DNA of 64,000 nucleotides. Origin: Squalus acanthias. Its lineage: Eukaryota. The notes beneath the pieces were generated by a model. The model ran no database searches. It was given only the letters and a program-made list of their open reading frames with translations, and was not told the DNA's origin. Within the stretch, counting starts at the first letter, position 1, and every line of letters begins with the position of its first letter. Made by a program: the position numbers and the translations under genes. Below are positions 35,566-47,709 of the stretch, piece by piece. The stretch spans positions 118,670,001 through 118,734,000 of the forward strand of contig CM059432.1 of assembly GCA_030390025.1 (NCBI GenBank). Reading direction: 5' to 3'.

Positions 35566-36409
35566 GATGGTGACCAAAACCAAGGAGAAAATTACTCTTA
35601 TCACACCTTTCAAGGCCATTTCCTCCTCGACATACAGTCACAATTGCAGCACAGAGGCACAGAGGCACTTCAGAAACACACATTAAATCATGGTAAATTG
35701 GTGTTGACCTACACTTTGCAATGCCAAGTAAACTGGAACATTAGTCCCATGTTACTCTGTATTGCCCTTAGATCTGATCAACAGCAAAATTAGAATTTTG
35801 TCTTCAGCTTCTGCAAAAATCTTCTTTATTTTCTGTTCCTATCTATTAAAACTGTCCTGATAACATCTCTTATATACAGCCTACAAACTACTGGCTAGGG
35901 GAGGAAGGATAAGCTACAAAAAATGAAAGTATTGTATAGTGTAAAGCAGTTAATGCTTGAAGGAATTTTGTCGCAGGCAAGAATTTCCACACAACCCAAT
36001 GGGAAAGTTACTGGTTTATGGGGTCAGTTTATACCCTGGGGGGGAGGGGAGGAACAGTTGTGGTCCCTTCATTAGAGGTACAATCCTTGAGTTACACCAA
36101 CAAATCCTTTACTGTTTTGGCAAACGCAAGTTCTTCAAGTCAGCTAATGTAAAGCTACCAGGCTTATATTGATGGAAAATTTATTCAAACAAACATTCTT
36201 AATGCAACAGACCCAATCTTAAAATTGACACATCTTTCATGAGAATGTGTTTGGCAATTCCCTTTTCCTGTTTCCCTTTTTCTGTTGTTCACAAACATAC
36301 AGTACAATGACACGAATGATCCATCACTCAACAAGATTCGACACACTGCTCTTTCGCCTTCCCCAACTAAAAAAAAGTTTAACACTTCATTTCCCAAGAT
36401 AATTTGGAT

Positions 36410-36905
36410 GAGGAAGGCCATTCAGCCCATCTTAATTCATCCTAATGCCCCCCCCCCCCCCGCCACCACCCTGCAGCATCCAGTTGTTCCAAGGTTATTG
36501 TCTCCACATTACTCTATCTGGAAGTTTATTCCATGGGTTGCTCACTCTTTGTGTGAAGAAGAATTTCCTGATAGTCCTAACATTAGCTATTTCTGCTGGT
36601 TGGGGAGTCTAGGACGAAGGGGCATAGTATAAAAAATAGAGACAGTTCTTTCAGGAGTGAATGTAGAAAACACTTCTACACACAAAGGCTGGTAGAAGTT
36701 TGGAACTCCCTTCCACAAACGGCAATTGATGCGAGGTCAATTGTTAGTTTTAAATCTGAGATTGATAGATTTTTGTCAACCAAAGGTATTAAGGGATATG
36801 GGCCAAAGGCGGGTATTTGGAGTTAGGTCGCAGATCAGCCATGATCTCATTGAATGGCGCAACAGGCTCGAGGGGCTAAATGCCCTACCCTGTTCCAAAG
36901 TTCCT
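36410..36905. mobile_element. Two CR1 3' tail fragments (minus, then plus)
   Basis: cttctacacacaaaggctggtagaagtttggaactc...gatcagccatgatctcattgaatggcg. Confidence 0.7.
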
Positions 36906-38193
36906 ACTTTCAACTACTTTGAAACTGTGCTCCCTTGTTCTATTCCCATAGTTTAATTTCAAGTAATATTCTGGTTTAATTTTTTCTATACCCTAGTTGC
37001 TGCAGTGCATACTGCAGATTGTACACACTGCAGACCATGACGCCCCGCTAGTGGAGGAGGGGGTGGACATCCTTTGCATTACTATCTACTCTGATCTCAA
37101 ATGGAAATCCTCCATTGTTAAAATTGCCTCTAAGGAGCTTGATTTCCTTTTTTGTGCTATGTTTTTCTTGTCTTTTCCCCTCAACAGCCTCTCTCTCCCT
37201 TCAAGACCATTTCTCTCCTGGACTTGAATACTGCTCAAGGAGATAGGGAGGCTCTTCTAGTACCTCTCGCACTCCTGAACAGGACACCAGAAAAAAGCTT
37301 GTTATCTGATAAATGATTCCTCTCACCTCTCTGTCTCCATCTCAACATTTCTTGTCTTTAGTTTGTCAACACAAATATTACATAGAATTGCATTGAATAT
37401 ACAGCATAGAAACAGGCCATTCAGCCCAACCAATCCATGCCGGTAAGTATACTCCACGCTTGTCTGAAAAATTCACTATTGTTCCTTCTAAGCTTCCGTT
37501 ATACCATCCTACATTGCTCTTTCTCCTCCCTATAGACTGATTAGCGTAGATATTCCAATCAGATATAAGTTCAACTTGAAATGGGGTTGTGCAGGAATCC
37601 TACCCACCCAACATGTAGTGGGCTGACCCCCAAGTGCATGTACAGGGTCAGCCTCATTTTAGTACCACACCCAAGCTTCAGGCAATTGTTGGTGGGTGGG
37701 AAGCCTTACATTGCTGCAGAAGCTAAATTCATTCAGAGTTTAAAAGGGCAGACATCATGATTTTTCAAATTTAGAAGCCAGCAAGCTTGTAATCAGAAAT
37801 ATATATCTGGAAGGAGTGCATCTATTTCTTTGATGGGTGCTTAGAAACTCTGCTGGAGGAACTGAGGTAGAGGGGGATGTGGGGGGTTTGGGGGGGGGGG
37901 AGGGCGGCGGGGGTGGGATTGGCTTTCCTTGTCCATTAGCATCACAGTCTCCAAGCTCAGGGGAATAGGAGATTGTGTAAATGCCACCTCCACCACACAG
38001 CACATCTGGAAGCAGTTGTGAAAAATTGAATTAGCTAAGCAGATCAGGCAAGAACCCAGCATGACCTTCCATTAATCCAATGTACACACTGTAGACCATG
38101 TACAGCCCTTACAGTTATCACCCCACTAGCTCTGTTATAACTACTACCAAGCCTTCATGAATGCTGGCTCAGAATACTGTGAGATGAGACATT

Positions 38194-39220
38194 GGCCCGT
38201 ATTTTCCGATCCCTACGGGTGTGTATGAGGTGTGTGTTCACCCGTAGGGACCTCGCAAATGCCGGTTTCAGGCATGCGATGCGCATGCGCTGAAAACCGG
38301 CATTTCCGATCTGTCAAGAATGCACGCCTGCCCTGGAGAAGGGCCTCTGCGGGTTGAGAGTTCCGCTTTCTGCAGAACCTCCGCCCGCTGAAATCACTTA
38401 AAAATCTTACGCTTCTTAAAGGGGAGGGACCCTGCGCAGCGCGAACCGGGGCCCAGCTGGGCCCCCAGGGATCGGGAGTGCCGGCAAAAGAGCCCGGCAC
38501 TCAAGAGAAGTGCCGGGCTCTTGGAGCGCAGCCGGCACTTCACGGTGGGGGGGCTTCACGGGGGCCGGGGGCAGGTGCTGGCAGGCGGCCAGCAACAAAA
38601 ATGGCCGCCTGCCACCTCCGCTTTAAATATCGCCGCCCCGGCCGCACGTACGCCTCCCTGAACCCGTCGGACATAGCGTCTGGCGGTAAATCAGGGGGCG
38701 CGACTGAAGATCACGGCCGGGGCGCGAGCGGGGTGCTGCGCACGGCGATGACGTCATCGCCGGCGGCGCAGCACCACAGGGCGCTACCGGCTGCCGCCGC
38801 CGCTAACCTCCCACTAAATTTTTCGGGAGGCGTGGGCGGCGCTGCGCCCGGGCGTTAGCTGCTTTACGCCCCATTAGCGCCCTCTTAAGGCGCTAACGGG
38901 AGGCGCAAGCAGCTGAATTTTTCCCCCTTAATGTTTTGATGTGTTTTTGGAGTGATCTCCAATCATACGTTTGACAGGTCTAAGCTGTCAAAATATGAAG
39001 GGGGATTCCCTTCTCCCATTGGCTCCCAATGGCCCACATGATCCCTGGGACGCTTGCGAACCGCATGTGCCCCTGGGATACCTGGGCCCTGCGCATTTTG
39101 TCGTGGAGAGGCCCAGGATCAGAAATGGCCGGACCTCGGGAGCCCTCAGGTAAGGGCGTAGATTTTTTCCAGATCGGAGGCCTCCACACGCAGGAAACCT
39201 CCGATCAGAAAATACGGGCC
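38194..39220. mobile_element. Harbinger-type MITE with nested GC-rich Harbinger end fragment (~38410-38927)
   Basis: TIR ggcccgtattttc(c/t)gatc, ATT TSD at 38191-38193 and 39221-39223. Confidence 0.88.
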
Positions 39221-39445
39221 ATTAAAACAAGTCCACCTGTTCAAGTGGGTGAAAAAGATCCCATAACATTATTCAAAGAACAGGGGACTTGACCCAGCAA
39301 CCTGGCCAATATTTATCCCTTGACCAACACCATCAAAAACAGATTAACCAGCCATTTCTTTCACTGCAGTTTATAGAACCTTACTGTGTGCAAATTGGCT
39401 GCTGCGTTTGCCTGTATAGCAACAGTGACTAGAGTCAAGAGTCAT

Positions 39446-39609
39446 GAGGGAAAAATTGGGTTGCTTTGCGCCACCCAATTGCACCACTTCCCTCTTGGGG
39501 CGCAACCACTGAATTTCCGGCGCGGGGGGCGCTAATTTTTCCGGGGCGCTAAAAGTAGCACACCGATGAAGTTAGCACCCCAAATGGGCCGCTACTCAAT
39601 TTTTAGCCC
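39446..39609. mobile_element. Mini Harbinger MITE (~165 bp)
   Basis: Ends gagggaaaaattggg / ctcaatttttagccc, inside a (agagtcat)n CR1 tail. Confidence 0.65.
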
Positions 39610-39770
39610 ATAGAGTCATAACGTCACAGAAGGAGACCATTTGGCCCATCGAGTCTGTGCTGGCTCTCTGTAGAGCAATCCAATCAGTCCCATTCCCTCA
39701 CTCTATTCCCCGTAGCCCTGCAAGTTTATTTCCCTCAAGTGTCTATCCAGTCTCCCCTTGAAAACATTGA

Positions 39771-40652
39771 GGCCGCGATTTTATCGGTGCTCAGAGGGCG
39801 GGTTTGGAGGCGGGTCAGAGGTTAAATTCGATTTGATCGACGGCGGGTTCCGATCCCGCCATCAACCCGCCTCCAAACAGCTTTCCCAAGTGTCGGGTCA
39901 CCGATTTGCGAATGGACCTGACACCTAGCGGCGGGAAGCAGATTAAAGACAATTGCCTGCCTATTAACAGGAACTTGCCATTAGTTTACAGCCTGTTTTT
40001 GGATTTTGCCGCTTCTGGCTCGGTTTTCCCGATGTCCGGACACCACGCCAGGTAAGTGTGGCGTGTTGTGAGTCTGCTGTAATGTTTGTGGAATGATGAC
40101 AGCTGCAGAAGTGGTGTGAAGGATCCAATGTTGCACATGGTGAGTTTCAGAGCAAAGAAAATGTTGGTTACTGCATTTTTAAAACATTTACAGATTTCTT
40201 TAGCTTGCAAGTTTTTAAATCCATCTATATGTCCAGTGCCAGCTCATTGGAGAACCTCTCTCACCAGTGACAGATTGCTTCTGTCACCTCACCTGCAGCT
40301 GCCATCTATTCCAGCCTATGGAGACAGTCATTGGAGAGCCTGGGTGCAAGAGTTCACCTTTGTGCAGTGATTGTCAGTGTTTTCAGCACCTCAATGCTGT
40401 CAAACACTGAGAAATCAACTGTCAAAATAGAATTGTGCCTGGTCCCTTTAAGGAAACCGGCAGATGACGCATCATCAAATGATGTCATCAGACCCGCTTC
40501 CTGTTAATTGGCCAGCAAGCCCGCAGGACGGACTTAACAAGGTCAATCAAGGTAAAATTATGTCAGTGGAGCGGAAGCAGCTGGGGGCGGGACTGGAAGC
40601 CGGAAACCAGCTGTCCCACACCCAACCTGACACCGATGACAAAATCGCGGCC
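39771..40652. mobile_element. Harbinger-type MITE
   Basis: TIR ggccgcgatttt(a/g)tc, TGA TSD at 39768-39770 and 40653-40655. Interrupts a minus-strand CR1 tail (39610-40950). Confidence 0.88.
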
Positions 40653-41739
40653 TGAGTGTCTCCACTTCCACCACTTCCATTGGCAGTGAATTCCAGGTCA
40701 TCACCACTCGCTGCGTAAAAAGGTTTTCCTCACATCCCCCCTGTATCTCTTGCCCAAAACCTTAAATCTGTGTCCCCCAGTACTTGTCCCATCAACTAGT
40801 GGGAACAGCCTTTCCCCGTCTAGCCTATCCAAACCCATCATAATCTTGTACACCTCTATCAAATCACCCCTCAACCTCCTTTGCTCTAATGAAAACAAAT
40901 CCAGCTTCTCCAACCTGTCCTTGTAGCTAAGATCCCCAATCCCCATCCCACTTCAACAGTAATTCATTGGCTGTAATAGGATACTTCGAGGACATGAAAG
41001 GTATTATATAAATTTAGGTACTTTCTTTCTTTGGATGCAATCATATCTCTGATGGTCATAACATTTGTTTTACAAACACTTTTGAGTGCACATTGTATCA
41101 ACATTGGTGTTTCTGGATAAAACAGATGTTGTGTGCCAGTGTTCATCACATGGAATGTAAGCATCTCCTGCTATTGTCTCTTCAATCCATCTTGATTAAT
41201 GGTTCTTTATCCGGGGACTTCTCAGATTGGGTTAAATACAGCAATGTTCTGGCCATATTTAGTTCACTTTTACCAAATGTATTTCAATGTCACTGTGACG
41301 AGAGGGCACTCTGGGGAAAAGGTAAGGAAATATCAAGGAATCCATTTAAGGACTCCGAATAGGCCCCCAAGAATTCAATGTTTTTATTACCTTGATTTCA
41401 GAAAAAGATTTAAAATATTTAGTCTGCTGATTTATTTTGCTTCTGTCTAAATTTACCTCCCACAATAAAACTTGTAGTTCACCTGAAATATGTTTATGAG
41501 CATGCTGTTTTTCTGCCTTAATCAAGAGAATATGGTGGGCATCCTATACTTCTTTCGTGTAATTGTTAATCTTGTGGCATGCTAAGACATTTACTTTGTG
41601 TGTGAAGTGTATAAGTTTCAGTTTGCTTGGAAGTGTGGGCCTGCCTATGGAAACTGCCTTGTTGCTGTGAACATGAATAATGAGTGTTGGGAGAAGCTCA
41701 AATTGTAACAATTACTTCAGTGGGCAGGTTTGCTTCAAG

Positions 41740-41890
41740 ACTCAGATCGATAGCTTTTTGTTAGGTAAGGGTATCAAGGGATTATGGAGCAAAGGCGGGT
41801 AAATGGAGTTGAGGTACAGATTAGCCATGATCTGATTGAATGCGGAACAGGCTCGAGGGGCTGAATGGCCAACTCCTGTTCTTATGTTCC
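41740..41890 (+). mobile_element. CR1 3' tail
   Basis: aagggtatcaagggattatggagcaaaggcgggtaaatggagttgagg...ggctgaatggccaactcctgttc. Confidence 0.75.
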
Positions 41891-42337
41891 CAGGCCTTTT
41901 ACATTGACAGCTTTTTTACCAAATTCTATTGTGATCTCCCTGGAATAACCTGAGATAGACCCAAAAAACGGTTTCACGGCTTGCCAACAACAGAAATGAA
42001 AACATCTATCTCCTGAATGGAAGATTTGCAATTAATCTTTCTCTATGAAACCACAGCAACTGCAATTTCACAGGTTTCAGCAAAACATGTGTGCTTCATG
42101 GTTTGAAATACTCCCAGGACAACCATTTGCGATCATATTATTACCATGCCCTTTAGGATTGCATTTCAGCAAGAAATTAAAGATGAAGTGGTATTCATCA
42201 AACTTTCTACAGCACGGGTTATGTTTACTTAAAATGGACTAAAAACAGCTGCATATTAGTGAACCCGGGCTTATGCCTGTAGGTGAGAGTAGATGGTATA
42301 AATAGAATCTTACGGCTTTGCAGAGTTCAGGGAGTCT

Positions 42338-43545
42338 TCATAGAATCATAGAATCATAGAAATTTACAGCACAGAAGGAGGCCATTCAGCCCACCGTGTC
42401 TGTGCCGGCCGACAAAGAGCTATCCACCCTAATCCCACTTTCCAGCTCTTGGTTCGTAGCCTTGAAGGTTACGGCACTTCAAGTGCATATCCAAGTACTT
42501 TTTAAATGTGATGAGGGTTTGTGCCTCTTCCACCCTTTCAGGCAGTGAGTTCCAGACCCCCACCACCCTCTGGGTGAAAAGATTTCTCCTCAAATCCTCT
42601 CTAAACCTTCCGACCAATTACTTTAAACTATGCCCCCTGGTTATTGACCCTTCTGCTAAGGGAAATAGTTCCTTCCTATCCACTCTATCTAGGCCCCTCA
42701 TAATTTTATACACCTCAATTAGGTCTCCTCTCAGCCTCCTCTGTTCTAAAGAAACAACCCCAGCCTATCCAATCTTTCCTCATAGCTAAAATTCCCCATC
42801 CCAGGCAACATCCTTGTAAATCTCTTTTTCACCCCCTCTAATGCAATCACATCCTTCCTGTAATGTGGTGACCAGAACTGCACACAGTATTCTAGCTGCA
42901 GCCTAACTAGTGTTTTATACAGTTCAAGCATAACCTCCCTGCTCTTATATTCTATGCCTCGGCTAATAAAGGCAAGTATCCTGTATGCCTTCTTAACCAC
43001 CTTATCTACCTGTCCTGCTACCTTCAGGGATCTGTGGACATGTACTCCAAGGTCCCTCTGATCTTCTGCACTTTTCAGTGTCCTACCATTTATAGTGTAT
43101 TCCCTTGCCTTGTTAGCCCTCCCCAAATGCAATACCTCACACTTCTCCAGATTGAATTCCATTTGCCACTGTTCTGCCCACCTGACCAGTCCATTGATAT
43201 CTTCCTGCAGTCTGCAGCTTTCTTCTTCATTATCAACAACATGGCCAATTTTTGTATCATCTGCAAACTTCTTAATCATACTTCCTACATTCAAGTCCAA
43301 ATCATTGATATATACCACAAAAAGCAAAGGACCCAGAACTGAGCCCTGCAGAACCCCACTGGAAACAGCCTTCCAGTCACAAAAACACCCTTCAACCATT
43401 ACCCTTTGTTTCCTGCCTCTGAGACAATTTTGGATCCAACTTGCCACTTTGCCTTGTATCCCATGAGCTTTTACTTTCGTGACAAGTCTGCCGTGTGGGA
43501 CCTTATCAAAAGCCTTGCTAAAATCCACATAGACTACATCAAACG
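42338..43545 (-). mobile_element. CR1 3' part (RT C-terminal 260 aa ORF and tail)
   Basis: MDFSKAFDKVPH, QGSVLGPLLF, KFADDTK. (catagaat)n tail. Confidence 0.92.
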
Positions 43546-43639
43546 CATGTATTGCGTCCAGTTCTGGTCACCACACTTTAGGAAGGATGTGAAGGCCCTT
43601 GAAATGGTGCAGAGAAGATTTACCAGAATGGTTCCGGAT

Positions 43640-44490
43640 CCTTCCAGGGATCATCAGCAGACATCAGCGGCATCTCCGAGTCGGCTGCACACACTTGCAT
43701 CACGCAGGTTACTGATGCCCTCTTTGCAAAGTCGCACAATTACATCCACTTCTCCACGGATGAAGCAAATGTAACTGCGTGTGCAGTTGGCTTTGCAAAT
43801 ATGGCAGGCTTCCCAAGGGTGCAAGGCATCATAAACTGCACACATGTGGCCATTAGAGCACCCCATCACAACCCAGCTGTAATTTTTACCCACAAGGGCT
43901 TCCACGCCCTTAACGTCCAGCTGGTGTGTAACCACAGGAAGGACAGTATGCATGTTTGCGCCAAGTTCCCTGGCAGTTGCCATGACTCGTTCATCCTGCG
44001 GCAGTCTACTGTGCCTCAGCTCTTCAATCCGCCAACCCAACTTTCCGGATGGCTACTTGGAGACAAGGGCTATCCCCTGAAAAAGTGGCTGATGACACCG
44101 ATGAGGAGGCCAACAAATGAGGCTGAGGAGCGGTACAATGTGAGCCACATATCCAACAGAAGCATCATAGAGCAAACCATCGGCTTGCTCAAAATGCGAT
44201 TTAGATGCCTTTGCAGATCTAGTGGAGCCCTACATTATGCACCATCCAGGGTCTCCAGAATCATCATGGTCTGCTGTACCCTGCACAACATCGCACAGCG
44301 GCGTGGTTTAGCGCTGCCTGAGGAACAAGTGGCACAGTGCACAGCCTCCTCGGAAGAGGAGGAGGAGGAGGAGGAGGAGGCGGCAGATGAGGAAGACCTT
44401 GCGGAGGTGGATGTGCCAGTTCCACCAGCACACGACCACATTGCTGGCCGTGAGGCAAGGGATACACTAATCTATGCCAGATTCGCGTAA
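43640..44490 (+). pseudogene. Harbinger transposase, 5'-truncated
   Basis: [15 protein letters not shown] (the D of the GAIDCTH motif appears as N), [42 protein letters not shown]. Confidence 0.9.
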
Positions 44491-46256
44491 GTTTACGCAG
44501 CTACCACATGTGGCTGGCACATGGAAATTAATGTCTGGCCGACTTTCTTAACACACCATACAGCATCTGTACAATAAACTGTGGTTTCCTATCACTCTCA
44601 CTACCATCATTACAGATGAAAGGTGCCCTGACCCCTCACTGTGCAACTTCCTATTCTGAGCACACATAGGCCAACTCTTTGAATCTTTGCCATCGCATTT
44701 CTTTAATACATTTAAAATCACAATGACAAACATTACTTTGTATGAGATCAAGACACCCAAGTGACTACCCTTGTAACTATTTGTGTGTTAACTTTCTCTT
44801 ACGCGTGCTTCTACGTGGTGCTTTCCCTGGGGCTTCAGCAGATGTAGAGGCACCTTGCTCACTTTGGTGCTGCATCTGCTTAGACGCCTTTGGCGGCGTC
44901 CTCTGGGTTTGGGAGCCTGTGAGGGCTCCTCCACAGTCTGCTCCTCTGCTGTGCAGGGGCTGAGACGGCCATCTTAGTTGGGTGAGGAATCTGGGGCTCT
45001 GACCGAGGGTTCCGCAGTGGCATGGGAGTGTGAGCACTTAGAGAGGAGCCTGCACTTCCTTGCTGTGGACCACTAACATCCCCCTCATGGGTCACCCGCA
45101 CTTCACTACTAGCAAGTGGCTGGAGAGCACCTTGCTGCACATCAGTGGGGCCATGAGGACTCATCTCTGTACCGACAGTCCTCATAACGGGGACATCCAT
45201 GTACCTCTGGTTCCTCTCCTCAATAGATGCCCATCTATCCTCCATAGCAGACTATCTATTTAGAAGAGTCACCATGTTCATTTGAGTCTGGCGATTTATG
45301 TCCTCCATGGAGGTTGCCATCCTTTCCATGGTTTCACCTACATTCGCCATTGCATGCACCACGACATTGCTCATGTTTGAGATGGACTCCTCCATTCTCT
45401 GCACACTCACAGTTATCGTGCATGCAAACCCTGTCAGAGACTCCTGCACTTGTTCCTGAAGCTCTCTTTCTGGATGGCCTCAGAGGCACAGTGTCTACAT
45501 GCAGCTGAGCAGAGCTGAGAGCGCCCTGCGACCTCCGACGAGGACTCTACACTGCTGTCGAAGTCTCCACCATCTGCTGATGCTCACATGTGAGCTGTGA
45601 TACACCAGGTGACAACAGTAATCTATGTCACAATGGACCCACCGAGGTGTGCGTCTCTGCGCTGGTGCTGGGTGCGTTGAGCCCTGGAGACGCTGCTCCC
45701 TCAGAGGCTGCAGGTTCCTCTGAGGAGTCTTCTGGCTCTTCCTCCTGGACAGTGGGGTGGGGGGCTCTCGATGGTCCTGTGGGAGAGTAAAGGCATGAGT
45801 TTGACATGTGATATTTAGGTAGCAGACACATCCCATTGTGCAGATGATCAGAACTCAATCTGTATGAACATCAGATGCCATATCAGTCACTCATGAAATC
45901 TAAATGAGAGATTTGCAAATCTATTGTGTCATCAGCTTGCTCTACTGCGCCCATCTCTCCATCCCCCACTTTCAGCTCCTCTGCACCTCTGACGATGTCA
46001 AGAGCAGCCTCCTCAGTGTTTGTTAAATGCGCCATCGAAGGTGGGCCTCTTCCTGTCCTCGCTCTCTCCCTCTTATTGTGGGCTCTCTTTTCCTGCAATG
46101 AGGGACACAAGTGGAGTTTCAGTGAGATTGATGGTGTGACTGTAAAGAATCCATAACATAGATGCTTAGAGGGAGACAAAGATGGAGTGAGGTGCCAATA
46201 CCAAGGGCTCTTCCTGTGCATTGTTAGTTGTTGTCATTGCATAACAGTGAGAGTGA

Positions 46257-46995
46257 GGGCTGGATTTTGATACTGGGGCAGGTTGGGGTCGTGTCATTCG
46301 CATTTCATGTTATCCACCCGACTGCAATTTGATGTGGGAGATTGATGCAATTTTCACCTAATTGGGCAATTGAGTTCCAGCATGTGGGAACCCATGAACC
46401 AATTAGTGTTTTCAGTCTGAAAGTCGCCTCTGATGATGTCATCATTGCTGCTGCATTGCAGGTCAGAGACTGCCTGGCCTTTGCTGTGAGAGGACCTGGA
46501 TGCAAAATGAGCAGCATCAGAGAGAGAGAGAGAATTTTTTTTGCATCCAGGTCCTCTCACAGCAAAGGCCAGGCAGTCTCTGAAGACATTCAATGCAGCA
46601 GCATCAGAGGCGACTTTCAGACCTAATACTAATACTACCTTCATCACATCTCCGTTGTAATAGTGGACCTGCAGCTGATCGTCAGCTATCCACTTGTGCT
46701 CCCGCCAGGTTTTACTGGCGAGTTTCACATCAGGTGTGCTTCACGTCAGAAAAGGGTTAAACTAGTTAAAACATTTCAAAATGGCATTACAGAGCCAATT
46801 TAGGGCTTGTTAAGGGCTTTAATGGCCTCTCCCGCCTCTTGGAGGTGGGACAGAGTCGGGAACACCGCACACGATTTTATCAAAATTGCGTGGAGGCGGA
46901 ATGGAGGCGGGATCAGGTCCGCCCACCACTTTTTGCAATTTTAACCCCCCACACGCCTCCAAACCCTCCTCCATGGCCCTATGAAAATCCAGCCC
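46257..46995. mobile_element. Harbinger-type MITE in Myb intron 1, containing an internal inverted repeat
   Basis: TIR gggctggatttt / aaaatccagccc, flanks tga / cga. Confidence 0.8.
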
Positions 46996-47709
46996 CGAGT
47001 GTGAGGGGTGCATAGTAGGATGGTGAAGTGATTCTGTACATAGAGAGAGAGAGGGATAGGTAAGGGTGCAAGGGATGTAAGGGTAAGTTGGGATGTGGAG
47101 GAGTAGGTTGACAATGCAGTGCTGGTGATGAGAACAGATGGGAAGCAGATTGAAGGTAAGTGTGATGTTATACTCACTTTTGCTGAGCGTAGCAGATCAT
47201 TGAACAGTTTTCGGCACTGCACCCAGGTGCGTGAGCACAAGGATCTCGCTCCTACCTCCTCAGCAATTTGCAGGCAGGCTGCCTTTGTCTGCTGCGGAGG
47301 CTTCCTCCGGCCATCGGGAGGGAACAGAACGTCCCTGCGCCCTCTTACTCCCTCCACAAGGGCATGGAAGGAGTCATCATCAAATCGAGGAGCATCCTTT
47401 GCTCTTGCAGCAGTCATCTTCCAAACACCAGTTATCAGGAGCATCAGAAAGGAAATGAAATCCAAAGGTTACATGGACCCCTTAAATACAGCTGAATCGA
47501 AGACGTCAGCAGAGGCGAGCTGCAGACCTGCACCCACTGATTGGGCCGGGTAGCACGCACGGAGGGCTTAATAAGCCCAGTTAAATGAAAATTGTTATTT
47601 CGGAGCGGCTGAAACCGGCAGTGGGACCGGAACCCGCTGACCAGACAACCTGTCTCCAACCCGACTCCAACCCTAATCCAACCCGCCTCCGCTGGGAAAA
47701 TCGCGGCCC

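Larger units (their letters stand above)
39225..41030 (+). mobile_element. Deu-domain SINE split by a CR1 tail and two MITEs
   Basis: 39225-39430 ends ...gcaacagtgact and resumes at ~40950 cacttcaacagtaattcattggctgtaa...tatataaat, matching 12925-13160. Confidence 0.7.
43636..47708. mobile_element. Harbinger element lacking its transposase-side end: transposase +, Myb/SANT gene -
   Basis: Terminus gggaaaatcgcggcc at ~47708. Myb exons at about 47417-47178, 46092-45930 and 45776-44777. Confidence 0.88.
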
